Positions 40,087-50,055 of a DNA stretch of 64,000 nt are shown here, piece after piece. Made by a program: the position numbers and the translations under genes. The stretch is from positions 96,001 to 160,000 of the forward strand of contig JBBRLQ010000005.1 in NCBI GenBank assembly GCA_038231275.1, given 5' to 3'. The notes beneath the pieces are model-generated. The model was given only the letters and a program-made list of their open reading frames with translations. It did not search any database and was not told the origin of the DNA. The DNA comes from Polyangiales bacterium. GTDB lineage: Bacteria; Myxococcota_A; Polyangia; Polyangiales; Polyangiaceae. The number at the start of each line of letters is the position of its first letter. Position 1 is the first letter of the stretch.

Positions 40087-40223
40087 GCGTCTTGGCGGGC
40101 TTGCCCCTCCTTTGCCCCTGGCGGGGTGAGTCCTCGCGCCGGCGACGCCTTGCACTCGGGGAACAGGGGCGCCGGCGCGTGGCGTCCTTACGGGGCAAAG
40201 GAGGGGCAAGCCCGCCAAGACGC
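40087..40223. repeat. 137-bp element with perfect 32-bp terminal inverted repeats
   Basis: 40087-40118 is the exact reverse complement of 40192-40223; internal 10-bp stem 40135-40144/40170-40179. Confidence 0.9.
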
Positions 40224-40298
40224 TTCTTTGGGGGGTGATGTTTGGCCCGAGGGACGCCGATCAGCCGTGCGTGGTCGCGTAACGGAGCTGTCGCTCCG

Positions 40299-40838
40299 TT
40301 ACGCGAGCTTTGCGCTGAGGAACGCTTTCAGCTTGATCAGTGTCTTCTTGTCGCGTGTGAAGCTTGGGATTTGGTAGGCGGCTGCCCACGCCTTCACCTC
40401 GCCTAGGAACGTGGCGCGGACGCCGTCGTCGCCGACGATGTCGTCTACCGTGCGGCCCCGCGCGGCGCCTTTGCGGAGGTTTTTCACGTAGGCCTCGAGG
40501 CGCGCGTAGTCCTCACCCAGGAACTCCTTCACCGCGTGCGCGTCGTCGGCGAGGCGGCCGAGCGCGCCGTCCTTCGTCGAGGGCGCCTCTGCGATCGCGA
40601 GCGACGCGGCGACGCGGATGACGAACGCGTCGTCCAAAAATCCGAGATCGTCGATGCCGTCTGGGATGAGGTCGAGCGACTTGAAGATGTAGTTGAGGCC
40701 GGCGGTCACGTAGCGCCGCACGCCGTCGGGCGCGTCGGGCCCGACGAAGCCGCCGAGCGCGTTCGCGTCTTCTCCCAGCGAACGGAGCCACGAAGGGAAG
40801 ACCTCGAGAAATCGTTCGTCGACGTGCGTGTCGGTCAT
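40299..40838 (-). CDS. DUF1232 (YkvA)-family protein
   Basis: YIFKSLDLIPDGIDDLGFLDDAFV motif. Confidence 0.78.
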   Translation of the reverse strand: MTDTHVDERFLEVFPSWLRSLGEDANALGGFVGPDAPDGVRRYVTAGLNYIFKSLDLIPDGIDDLGFLDDAFVIRVAASLAIAEAPSTKDGALGRLADDAHAVKEFLGEDYARLEAYVKNLRKGAARGRTVDDIVGDDGVRATFLGEVKAWAAAYQIPSFTRDKKTLIKLKAFLSAKLA

Positions 40839-40980
40839 CGGGGAGCTCCTGCCGTGCGAGAGCCGCAAGGCTAACCCGAATCCTCGCGCGAAGCACCCTT
40901 CGGCGACCGGGCCGCGGAGGGGCGCACTCTTGACACGGGTACGCGGGCCAGGCCTCCTTCGGGCCCCCGGAGGCCCAAAA

Positions 40981-41595
40981 ATGAAACTCTATCAAAACCC
41001 GCTCTCGCCCAACGTCCGCCGCGTCCGGCTCACCGCCGCGGCGCTCGGGATCTCGCTCGACGAGAAGCTCGTCGACTTCGCGAAGGGCGAGCACAAGTCC
41101 CCAGAGTACCTCGCCATCAACCCCAACGGCGCCGTCCCCACGCTGGTCGACGGCGAGTTCATCCTGACCGAGTCGCGGTCGATCATGCAGTACCTGGCGT
41201 CCACGAAGCCAGAGAGCGGCCTCCTCCCGCGCGACGAGCGCGCGCGCGCCGACGTGACGCGCTGGCAGTTCTGGGACGCCTCGCACTTCTCGCCGCAGAT
41301 GGGCACGCTCGGCTACGAGCGCATGGTCAAAGGCATGATGGGCCTCGGCGATCCCGATCAGGCCAAGATCCAGGAGGCCATGACGAATCTGCGGAGGTGG
41401 TCCGCCGTGCTGGAAAAGCGCCTGAACGGCGCGACGTACATCGTCGGCAAGGCGCTCACGCTGGCAGATCTGACGATCGCCTCGTCGCTCATGTACGCCA
41501 AGCAGGTCGAGGCGCCGATCTCCGAGTTCCCGAACCTGCAAGCGTGGTTCGGTCGGATGACCGAGCTCGACGCGTGGCGCAAGGTTAGCGGCTAG
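40981..41595 (+). CDS. Glutathione S-transferase
   Basis: SPNVRRV, INPNGAVPTL, TESRSIMQYL and TLADL. Confidence 0.92.
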   Translation: MKLYQNPLSPNVRRVRLTAAALGISLDEKLVDFAKGEHKSPEYLAINPNGAVPTLVDGEFILTESRSIMQYLASTKPESGLLPRDERARADVTRWQFWDASHFSPQMGTLGYERMVKGMMGLGDPDQAKIQEAMTNLRRWSAVLEKRLNGATYIVGKALTLADLTIASSLMYAKQVEAPISEFPNLQAWFGRMTELDAWRKVSG

Positions 41596-41639
41596 GAGTC
41601 CACGGCGAGAAGTGGCGTCGGCGAGAGCTGCGGTCGTCT

Positions 41640-43376
41640 CTACGGACCGCGGCTCTCGGGCCCGCCGGGCTTGGTGAGGTTCGGCGCCTGCGGGGGCGCG
41701 TGCATGTTGCTCATGAGATCTTGGAGGAGGTCACGCGCCTCCGGCTTGGCCTTGAGGTGGTTCAAGAGCAGCGTGGACACCTCGCTGAACGCCTTCTCGA
41801 AGGCGAGTCCTTCGCGAGTGCGCGCCGCGACCTTCTCGCGGCCGCTCGCGAGATCCTCTTCGAGCGCCTCGGCGTAGCGCGAGAGCTGCGCGCGGAGCTC
41901 GTCGATCTGGCGACGCAGGTCGCGTGCGTGCGCGTCCTTCACGCTGGCCTTCTTGTCGCGCTCGATGAGCTGCTCGCGCCGAGCTTCGAGGAGGGCCTGC
42001 GCCGCGCCCGCGCGCTCGTACACCTGGCGCAGCTGTGCCGGAATCGACGCCGCGGCGCCCGGCGCGTCCGCCGCCTGCTTCGCCTGCGCCGCGCCGCGCT
42101 CGGCCTGCGCGACGAGATCGCGAATGCGCGCGGCTTCTTGCTGCTCGGCGGCGGAGTCGCGGAGCGCGCGCGACTCTTCGTGCGCGAGCTCCTCGACCTT
42201 TCGACCGATCTCCGCGCGCAGCGCGCGACCGCGACGCTCGAGCGACTCGAGCTTGCGCGTGTGGCTCGCGACCTCTCCCTCGAGGCGCGTCGCGCGCGAC
42301 GCCAAGTCCCACGCCTGCGACACCGCGCGCGTGATCTCCGGCGGCGCGTTCCCCTGCGGGTACGCGCGGCTCACCATGCGCGAGAACAGCGCGGCGCGGT
42401 TCGCCCACTCGATGACGCCCGGCGACTGCGGAGGCGGCGGCGGCGGCGGCGCGTTGACCTCGCCTGCCGAGTTGACCTCCCACGGCGTCGCGGGGAGCGA
42501 GCGCTGCAGCGCCTTCAGCTCCTCGTGCATGTGGTGGGCGTCTTGGAAACGCTTCCGACGATCCTTCTCGAGGAGCTTCAGCACCATCGCCTCGGCCGCC
42601 GGGAGCACGTCGGGCTTGATGGCGCGCGGCTTCGGCGGCGGGCTCGTGCGCTGCATCTCGAGCAGCGTCTCGCGATCGTTGGAGCGGAAGGGAAGCTGGC
42701 CGGTGAGCATCTCGAAGAAGAGGACGCCGAGCGCGTAGAGATCGCTCTGCGGCGTGGCCTCTTCGCCGCGCGCTTGCTCGGGCGACATGTACTCGGGCGT
42801 CCCGAAGACCGCGCCCTTCGGCGCGAGGCGCGGGTCCATCGCCAGGTGCGCGAGCCCGAAGTCGAGGATCTTGACGAAGTCCTTACGGCCGCCGCGCGTC
42901 GACAAGAGGATGTTGTCGCTCTTGAGATCGCGGTGCACGACGCCGAGGTCGTGCGCGCGCGCGAGTGCGGCGCACATCTGCTCGAGGATGTCGACGCTGC
43001 GCGAGAGCACCATCGGTCCACGCGCGAGCTCCGTCGAGAGCGCCGTGCCGACGAGGTACTCCATGACGAGGTAGAGCTCGCCCTCTTCCGTCTCGCCGAT
43101 GTCGTGGATGTCGATGATGTGCGCGTGGTCGACGCGGTTCGCCGCGCGCGCCTCGCGCAACATCCACGCGCGCAGGTGCGTCTCGCCGCGCAGGTCGGGC
43201 CGAATGAGCTTCAGCGCGACGACGCGATCGATGAGCACGTGGCGTGCGCGATACACGACCCCCATGCCGCCTTCCCCTGCGCGCGCTTCCAACCGGTAAC
43301 GTCCGGCGACGACGCGCCCGAGCATGGGATCTTGCGGCTTACCGGGACCAGAGGTCCTCTGGCTCGTCTGGTTCAT
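41640..43376 (-). CDS. Cytoplasmic Ser/Thr kinase with coiled-coil C-terminus
   Basis: GEGGMG, HRDLKSDN, DFGLA and GTPEYMSPEQ; heptad-rich tail. Confidence 0.92.
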   Translation of the reverse strand: MNQTSQRTSGPGKPQDPMLGRVVAGRYRLEARAGEGGMGVVYRARHVLIDRVVALKLIRPDLRGETHLRAWMLREARAANRVDHAHIIDIHDIGETEEGELYLVMEYLVGTALSTELARGPMVLSRSVDILEQMCAALARAHDLGVVHRDLKSDNILLSTRGGRKDFVKILDFGLAHLAMDPRLAPKGAVFGTPEYMSPEQARGEEATPQSDLYALGVLFFEMLTGQLPFRSNDRETLLEMQRTSPPPKPRAIKPDVLPAAEAMVLKLLEKDRRKRFQDAHHMHEELKALQRSLPATPWEVNSAGEVNAPPPPPPPQSPGVIEWANRAALFSRMVSRAYPQGNAPPEITRAVSQAWDLASRATRLEGEVASHTRKLESLERRGRALRAEIGRKVEELAHEESRALRDSAAEQQEAARIRDLVAQAERGAAQAKQAADAPGAAASIPAQLRQVYERAGAAQALLEARREQLIERDKKASVKDAHARDLRRQIDELRAQLSRYAEALEEDLASGREKVAARTREGLAFEKAFSEVSTLLLNHLKAKPEARDLLQDLMSNMHAPPQAPNLTKPGGPESRGP

Positions 43377-43547
43377 TTACCGTTGTCTCTCCGAGGCGAT
43401 AAGTTCACGTCGCGAGTGAGGGTACCGCAACGACAAGGCTACATGGCCCAGGGCGCGCAAGGGAACTCCTACTCGTTCCGTCTACGAACGGCGCGGGCGC
43501 ATGTAAGATAAAGGGGCCAACGGCCACCCGACGCGTTTCGGCGCTCC

Positions 43548-44237
43548 TCAGAACGCGACGCTGAGAACCGGCATGCGGACCATCGTCTGCTGCGGCACGC
43601 CCAGCTCCTTCAGCTCGCGTGCAGAGTACACGGGTTTCACGTCCGGCACGGGGACGCCCATACGGAACGCGCCGCCGTGCAAATCGAACAGCGACTGCGG
43701 GGGCGGGGCGGGCGTGGGGGCCGGTGTCGGTGCCGGCGGGGTCGTCGCGCCGCCGCCTGCGGGCGGAGAGGCAGGGGAAGGCTCGGCGCCGAGCACCGAG
43801 CTGCCGCCGATCTTGCCGGGATCCGCGGCGGGGCCGACCGGAGCCTTGTCCTCGGTCGCGTCTTCGCTCGGCTTGTAGCGCGTCGCGTTCAGCATGAGGA
43901 CGACGGCCGGGATGACGAGCCCGAGCCCGCCAGCCAGCATGTACATGGGCACGCGCCCGTCGGTGGAGGCGTTTTCGATCGCCCAGCCGCCGAGGCCGCC
44001 GCCGATCGCGCCGGCGCCGGCGCCGACCGCGTACATCCAGCCTTCTTTCAGACCGATGAGCGACTCGGTGATCGTCACCACCTCGGCGCCGAGCAGGGAG
44101 CCGCCGACGATTCCCTTCCCGCGGGGGTTCACTTCTTCGGCGTGCGCTTCGGGCGCGAACGCAATGAGGGACGTCCCCGCGAGGATTGTGGCCGTCGCGG
44201 CGGCGGTGAAGCGCTTCAAGGTCTTGGTGGTGCGCAT
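43548..44237 (-). CDS. Hypothetical exported/membrane protein
   Basis: Signal peptide ending AHA, Gly-rich hydrophobic segments, Pro-rich linker, terminal Phe. Confidence 0.65.
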   Translation of the reverse strand: MRTTKTLKRFTAAATATILAGTSLIAFAPEAHAEEVNPRGKGIVGGSLLGAEVVTITESLIGLKEGWMYAVGAGAGAIGGGLGGWAIENASTDGRVPMYMLAGGLGLVIPAVVLMLNATRYKPSEDATEDKAPVGPAADPGKIGGSSVLGAEPSPASPPAGGGATTPPAPTPAPTPAPPPQSLFDLHGGAFRMGVPVPDVKPVYSARELKELGVPQQTMVRMPVLSVAF

Positions 44238-44400
44238 GAATCCTCTAGAGCGGAGCCTTTGGCGGAACGATGGCCTAACAAGAGCCTGATGCGTTAGGTG
44301 GCGTGAACCTATCACGGCGTTCAACCGCGCGTCACGATGGAGCCGCACGCCAAGGATTCGGGCGAAGACCGCAGCCGTGGGGGTGTGGTAGCACCGCGAA

Positions 44401-45399
44401 ATGCTTCGACGAACCGCGCTGCGCGCTTCGGCGTCCGTGACGGGGCTCGTCCTCGTCGCGGCGGGGCTCGCGGCCGCGGTTCGCCTCCTTCCGTGGCTGC
44501 TCGACGCGCGCGTGCCGGTGCATGTGGCGTTGCCGTTCGCGCGTGGGCTGCTCGCGATCGCGCTCGAGGCCGCGCTCCTCGTGGGGTGGCCGATCGGCTG
44601 GGCGCTCGCGACGCACAGGCTCGTCGAGCGAGGCGAGGCGCTGGTCCTGCAGTCCCTGGGGGAGGCGCCGCCCGTGACGCTCCGGCGGCTCGCTCCACAA
44701 GGGCTCGCGTTCGCGGCGCTGCTCGCGGCGGCGTCGCTCGTAGGTGGCCGCGACGCGCGTGAGCCCGGTCGCGTCGTCACCGAGCTTCTCGAGGAGGGTC
44801 GCGTTGCTTGCCAGCGCGCGCACCATCCCTCGTCGTTCGCGGTGCCGTTCTCCGGCACCACGTGGCTCTGCCGTCCCGACGCCTCGCCGCGCCTCGTCGG
44901 CCGCGCGCCCGGAGCTCTCACGGGCGTCTTCTTCAGCGCCCGCGCGGCGCGCGTCAGCGGCGACCTTCGTCAAATCGAGCTCGAGGACGCGCGCCTCGCG
45001 CTCGGAGGAGGTGGCGGCAGCGAGGCCGGGCACGCCGGCATCGTGCACGTCGGCACGCTCGCGCTTCGTGGCCTCCCGCCGTGGGCTCAAGCGTCGACCC
45101 TCCCTTCATGGCTCCGCGCCGCGCTCCTCGCGATCTCGGGCGCGCTCGCCGCGGTGCTCGCCGCGCTCGCCGCCCTTCGCCGTCGTCCTGCTCCGCGCGG
45201 GAGGATCCACGCGATCCTCGTGGGCGCGGCCGGCCCTCTCGCCGCCCTCGCGTTCCTTCGCGTGCTTGAGCGCACCGAGGCCGTCGCGGCCGTCTACCTC
45301 GCCGTCCCGCTGGCGTGCGCAGCGGTGGTCCTCGGCGCCGCGTACCTGGTGGAGCGCTCGCTTCGCTTGCTAGACGAGCGGGCCGCTGCTACCAAGTAG
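44401..45399 (+). CDS. Membrane protein, weakly LptF/LptG-like
   Basis: 3 TM - loop - 3 TM layout; RLVERGEALVLQSLG resembles the LptF/G coupling helix. Confidence 0.5.
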   Translation: MLRRTALRASASVTGLVLVAAGLAAAVRLLPWLLDARVPVHVALPFARGLLAIALEAALLVGWPIGWALATHRLVERGEALVLQSLGEAPPVTLRRLAPQGLAFAALLAAASLVGGRDAREPGRVVTELLEEGRVACQRAHHPSSFAVPFSGTTWLCRPDASPRLVGRAPGALTGVFFSARAARVSGDLRQIELEDARLALGGGGGSEAGHAGIVHVGTLALRGLPPWAQASTLPSWLRAALLAISGALAAVLAALAALRRRPAPRGRIHAILVGAAGPLAALAFLRVLERTEAVAAVYLAVPLACAAVVLGAAYLVERSLRLLDERAAATK

Positions 45400-45473
45400 A
45401 GGAAATCCGGGCACATCCCCGTCTTCGTCGTCGCCCCATCCTCGCCCACGCCAACGAACAAGAAGAGGCCACC

Positions 45474-45746
45474 ATGGGTAGCATCGGAGCCCCCGAGCTG
45501 ATCGTCATCGCGCTGATCGCGCTTCTCCTCTTTGGAGCCGGCCGCATCGCGGACATCGGCAAGGGCCTCGGGCAGGGCATCAAGAACTTCAAGCAGGGCT
45601 TGAAGGAAGCGGACGACGTCGGCAAGGACGGCAAGAAGGCCGACAAGGCCGATGCTCCGAAGGACGAGAAGGTCGACGCGAAGGCCGACAAGGCCGACAA
45701 AGAGGACAAGGTCGAGAAGACCGACGCGAAGGCGAAAGAGGCCTGA
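45474..45746 (+). CDS. tatA: Twin-arginine translocase TatA/TatE
   Basis: GSIGAPELIVIALIALLLFGAGRI..GKGLGQGIKNFK. Confidence 0.93.
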   Translation: MGSIGAPELIVIALIALLLFGAGRIADIGKGLGQGIKNFKQGLKEADDVGKDGKKADKADAPKDEKVDAKADKADKEDKVEKTDAKAKEA

Positions 45747-45747
45747 C

Positions 45748-45828
45748 GTGGTCACCGGGGTCGTTCTCTTTTTCATCGTCGTCGCGGGCGCGGTGATCTG
45801 GTTTCGGATCGTCAAGGCGCGCAACTAG
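45748..45828 (+). CDS. Putative 26-aa single-TM small protein
   Basis: GTG start 1 nt after the tatA stop, AAGAGG upstream; VVTGVVLFFIVVAGAVIWFRIVKARN. Confidence 0.4.
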   Translation: MVTGVVLFFIVVAGAVIWFRIVKARN

Positions 45829-45841
45829 CCTCGCCCAGGCG

Positions 45842-46612
45842 TCATCGGACGATGTCGACGCGCACGTCGTCGATGTAGATCACGTAGTCGGCGCTGGAGT
45901 CGGGCAAAACGTACGTGACGCCGACACGAGCCGATGGCGCGATGCGCCCGTACGGGAAGCTCGCTTTTTTGCTCTCGATGAGAACGTCGTCGACCTTCAA
46001 CGTGACGTTGGCCACACCCTCGAGCACGACGTCGATCTCGATGTGCACGAAGGCATTCTGTGACAGCGGCGTCCTGGCGAAGGAGACGAGAGTCGACGCG
46101 TCGACCCTGAGCTCCTCCTCGGAGAGCTGCATGACTCCGTCCGCGATCGTGAGGAACAAAGTCTCCGTGCGATCGAGGTAGCTGAAGACCAGCTCGGTGA
46201 GGTTTGCCGGTCGAATGACCGGCGGCACGAAGAGGAAGAAGGAGAGCTTTATCTCGCGCGCGAGGTCGAAGGTCTTCGAGATCGCGCCGCGCGTCAGCGG
46301 GGACACCGTCGCGCGGACCGAGCGCTCGCCGAAATGGTGCTGCGCGGAGGTAATCGCCATGGAATCCGCTCCGAAGAGGCCGGCCGGTGGGTTCCAGGCG
46401 TCGCCCGTGAGATCAGCCCGCTCGAAGCCGTCGCAGAACGTCGCTCCAGTGCAGTAGCCGTCGGGCTCCGCGTCGCCGGTCTGGTTCATGAGCGCGTCGC
46501 TTGCGCCGTCCGCGGCGGCGTACCCGACATCGTCCAGGGCGAGGAGCTTCCCGCAGGCGATCGACGCCCACGCCGCGACTGCGACGAGCACGAGTCGGCG
46601 CGCGGACGTCAT
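45842..46612 (-). CDS. Putative lipoprotein with beta-rich domain
   Basis: Lipobox SIAC; FCDGFE and IYIDDVRV motifs. Confidence 0.6.
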   Translation of the reverse strand: MTSARRLVLVAVAAWASIACGKLLALDDVGYAAADGASDALMNQTGDAEPDGYCTGATFCDGFERADLTGDAWNPPAGLFGADSMAITSAQHHFGERSVRATVSPLTRGAISKTFDLAREIKLSFFLFVPPVIRPANLTELVFSYLDRTETLFLTIADGVMQLSEEELRVDASTLVSFARTPLSQNAFVHIEIDVVLEGVANVTLKVDDVLIESKKASFPYGRIAPSARVGVTYVLPDSSADYVIYIDDVRVDIVR

Positions 46613-46677
46613 TGGGTGAGTGTAGCCGAGCCGGGCGCGAGAGCCGCGGCCCATCGAGCTGTGATAGATCCGTTGGG

Positions 46678-47898
46678 GTGTCCCTCGCCCTCGCCAAGCG
46701 CCTCGAGGCTGTCCAACCGAGCGTGACCCTCGCCATGAACGCGCGCGCCGCGGCGCTCCGTGCGACGGGCGTCGACGTCTTCGCGTTCGGTGTCGGCGAG
46801 CCCGATTTCGAGCCGCCGCCGTTCGTCATCGACGCGGTGAAGCGCGCGCTCGAAAAGGGCGGCATCTCTAAGTACACCGCCGTCACCGGCATCGCGCCGC
46901 TCAAGCAGGCGATCTGCGATCGCGTCGAGCGGACGCGCGGGTTCCGGCCGACGCCCGACATGGTGACCGTCTCGGTCGGCGCCAAGCACGCGCTCTTCAA
47001 CCTCGCGATCGCGCTGTTCGAGCCAGGGGACGAGGTCGTCTTGCCCGCGCCGTGCTGGGTCAGCTACCCCGAGCAAGTGCGAATGATGGGGGCCACGCCG
47101 GTCCTCGTGCCGAGCGACGAGGCGAGCGGATGGCGAATCACGGCCGCTCAGCTCGAGGCGGCGATCACACCGAAGACGAAGGCCGTGCTCCTCTGCACGC
47201 CATCCAACCCGACCGGCGCCGCGTACGGCGAGACGGAGATGCGGGAGATCTGCGCCGTGATGCGCAAGCACGACGTCTGGCTCATCGTCGACGAGATCTA
47301 CTCGGAGCTCGTGTACGACGGCCAGTCGCACGCGTCGCCCGCCGCGCTCGCGCCGGATCTGTTGCCGCGCACGATCCTCGTCGACGGCGTCTCCAAGACG
47401 TACGCGATGACCGGCTGGCGCATCGGTTGGTCAATCGCGCCGAGCTCGCTCGCGAAGGCGCTCGACACGGTGCAGGGGCAGAGCACGACGAACCCGACGG
47501 CCATCGCCCAGTACGCGGCGCTCGCGGCGCTGACCGGCTCGCAAGAGGAGGTCGCGCAGATGCGCGCGACGTTCGAGAAGCGCCGCAACGCGATGATCGC
47601 CGGGCTCAACCACTTGCCGGGCGTCTCGTGCCGCACGCCGGAGGGCGCGTTCTACGCCTTCGCCGACTGCCGCGGCCTCTACGGCATCGACTACGGCGGC
47701 AAGCCCATCGCGAACGACGAGGACGTCGCGTTTTGGCTCCTCGAGAAGGCGCACGTCGCCAGCGTCCCCGGCGGCGCGTTCGGGGCGCCGGGGCACGTGA
47801 GGTTCAGCTACGCCACGAGCGAAGAGCGGATCGGCGCAGGCATCGCCGCCATGGCGCGCGCGATCGCCGGCGCCTCACGCATCGCGAAAAAGGGCTGA
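46678..47898 (+). CDS. PLP-dependent class I aminotransferase (aspartate aminotransferase-like)
   Basis: GEPDF, PSNPTG, DEIY and SKTYAMTGWRIG. Confidence 0.93.
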   Translation: MSLALAKRLEAVQPSVTLAMNARAAALRATGVDVFAFGVGEPDFEPPPFVIDAVKRALEKGGISKYTAVTGIAPLKQAICDRVERTRGFRPTPDMVTVSVGAKHALFNLAIALFEPGDEVVLPAPCWVSYPEQVRMMGATPVLVPSDEASGWRITAAQLEAAITPKTKAVLLCTPSNPTGAAYGETEMREICAVMRKHDVWLIVDEIYSELVYDGQSHASPAALAPDLLPRTILVDGVSKTYAMTGWRIGWSIAPSSLAKALDTVQGQSTTNPTAIAQYAALAALTGSQEEVAQMRATFEKRRNAMIAGLNHLPGVSCRTPEGAFYAFADCRGLYGIDYGGKPIANDEDVAFWLLEKAHVASVPGGAFGAPGHVRFSYATSEERIGAGIAAMARAIAGASRIAKKG

Positions 47899-47901
47899 TC
47901 C

Positions 47902-50052
47902 GTGCGCATCCGACGGCTCGCGATCGTCGCAGCCCTCGTCGTCCTCGTGCTCGCCGCGGGCGGAATTTTTCTGTGGCTGCGACTGCGCGCGACGGAGCCG
48001 CGCGAGCGCACCGTCACGACGTACTGGGAGGCCGACGGGCCGAGCGTCAGGCCTCGACGCGAATCGTGCACGACGTGCCACAAGGCGCACCCGAAGGCCG
48101 AAGCGCTCGTCGCGAAGCATCCGACGCTCACCTTCGGTTGCACCTCCTGCCACGGCGGCGAGGGCGGGACGATGACGCTGCCGCACCCGCGCGTCGTGCT
48201 GAAGGAGGCCAAGAAGGGGAGCAAGGACAGCAAGGCGACCCTCGAGTGGGCGAGCGAAGGCCTCGAGCCCGGCGATCGACGCGAGCCGCTCCTTCGCGTC
48301 GGCGCGCCCGCACCCGATTTTCCGGCCGGCGTCGCGCCGTGGACGATCGCCGAGTCCTCGCGCGACGCGTTCCTCCTCGCGGTGCCCGAAGTGCAGGGAG
48401 GATGCTTCAAGTGCCACGCCGCCGATGTCGAGCTCGCGGGCGCGCCCGAGCTCGCGCGCGGCCGCACGCTCTTTCGCGATCTGGGCTGTCAGGTCTGTCA
48501 CGCGGTCGCGCGTCTTCCGCCGGTGACCAAGCCCGGGCTCCCGGTGTCGGACGTCTCGCAGCGCCTGATTCCGTCGCGCGTCCTCGCGTACCTGCGCGAT
48601 CCGCGCGCGGTCGATCACGGCGCGCGGATGCCGACCGCGTGGCCGGCCGGCACCGACGACGCGGCGCGGCGCGACGAGACGATCGCGATCGCGGCGTTCC
48701 TCTTCGAGCGAAGCGAGAGGCGTGAGCGTGAGCACGCCGGTCCGAACGTCGCACGCGCCGCGGTGGTCGCGGGCGCTTCGGCGGAGGAAGGGAAGCTCTT
48801 CTACGACGCGTTCGGGTGCAAAGGCTGCCACGACGACGCGCCTCCCGCGCGCGCGCTCGCGCCGAGCCTCGCCGCCGCGGGTGACGCGTGGACCGAGGAC
48901 TGGCTGGCGGCCTGGTCGCGCGATCCGAAGGGAATTTACCCGAGCGCGAGGATGCCGAGCGAGCGCCTCTCGGCGCGCGAGGCGGCCAGCGTGGCGAAGT
49001 ACCTCGCCTCTCGCCATGGCCTCGGGCGCGCGTCCGACGAGGACGTCGCGAAGGTGATGGATCCGACGCGGCGCGCGGAGCGGATGCGATGCGCGCCCGC
49101 GGGCGGTGGCGGCGAGATGTCACGTACGCAATGCGGCGAGCTCCTCGTCGTGCGCTACGCGTGCGTCGCGTGCCACGATCTCGAAGGTGCCGAGCCGGCG
49201 CGCGCGCCTGGGCCACCTCTCGACGGGTTCGCCGGTCGCGCCCGGCTGAGCCCGCGCGCGACCCTCGCGAAGCTCGACGCGCCGCGCGCAGCAGACCCGA
49301 ACGCGCGGATGCCCGACCACGATCTCTCGAGCGACGAGCTGCGTGCGGTGATGGTCTTCCTCGCGGGTCTCGGCGACGTGACGCCGGCGCCTCCCGCCGA
49401 CGCGTCCGAGCGCCCGGATCGTCGCGCGCGCGAGGCGGGCCGTGCCCTCTCGCGTGAGCTTCAATGCGGCGGATGCCACGACGCGGGGAGAATGCGCGGG
49501 GTCCCGTCGCTCGCGGGCGAGGCCGCGCGGGCACGCCCCGAATGGCTCTTTTCGATGCTCGATCGCCCCGAGCGGCACGGCGTTCGCCCCGAGCTTCATC
49601 CCGAGTGGGTCTACGGCGACCTCGTTCCGCGGTCGAAGCTCGCCGCGCGCATGCCGAGCTTCGCGCTGCCCACCGAAGGCGCGACGGCGATCGTGCGCGC
49701 CCTCGCCGCCGAGAGCAACGCGAGCTTCCCCTTCGCGCCCGCGCGCCCCAAAGCGCTGTCGCCGGACGAGCGCGCCGCGTCGGCCGCCGCCCTCAACGTC
49801 CAGTGCATGACGTGCCACTACCTCGGTGAGCTCCCGCGCGAGCGCGCAAAGTCCGACGCGCCGCTCGCGCCGAGCCTGTCGCGCGCAAACGAGCGCCTGC
49901 GCGAAGAGTGGGTCCGCGCCTTTTTGCCCGGCCACGTGAAGGCGACGCTGCCCGCGAGGCTCGTCGACTTCGTCTTCTGGCTCCGCGAAGGCACGGTCCT
50001 GCCGCGCCCCGGCGAAGAGGCGCGCGCACCGGTGCTCGGGTTGGGGGATTGA
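47902..50052 (+). CDS. Membrane-anchored multiheme c-type cytochrome (8 CxxCH)
   Basis: CTTCH, CTSCH, CFKCH, CQVCH, CKGCH, CVACH, CGGCH, CMTCH; repeated DP..ARMP motifs. Confidence 0.85.
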   Translation: MRIRRLAIVAALVVLVLAAGGIFLWLRLRATEPRERTVTTYWEADGPSVRPRRESCTTCHKAHPKAEALVAKHPTLTFGCTSCHGGEGGTMTLPHPRVVLKEAKKGSKDSKATLEWASEGLEPGDRREPLLRVGAPAPDFPAGVAPWTIAESSRDAFLLAVPEVQGGCFKCHAADVELAGAPELARGRTLFRDLGCQVCHAVARLPPVTKPGLPVSDVSQRLIPSRVLAYLRDPRAVDHGARMPTAWPAGTDDAARRDETIAIAAFLFERSERREREHAGPNVARAAVVAGASAEEGKLFYDAFGCKGCHDDAPPARALAPSLAAAGDAWTEDWLAAWSRDPKGIYPSARMPSERLSAREAASVAKYLASRHGLGRASDEDVAKVMDPTRRAERMRCAPAGGGGEMSRTQCGELLVVRYACVACHDLEGAEPARAPGPPLDGFAGRARLSPRATLAKLDAPRAADPNARMPDHDLSSDELRAVMVFLAGLGDVTPAPPADASERPDRRAREAGRALSRELQCGGCHDAGRMRGVPSLAGEAARARPEWLFSMLDRPERHGVRPELHPEWVYGDLVPRSKLAARMPSFALPTEGATAIVRALAAESNASFPFAPARPKALSPDERAASAAALNVQCMTCHYLGELPRERAKSDAPLAPSLSRANERLREEWVRAFLPGHVKATLPARLVDFVFWLREGTVLPRPGEEARAPVLGLGD

Positions 50053-50055
50053 CGG

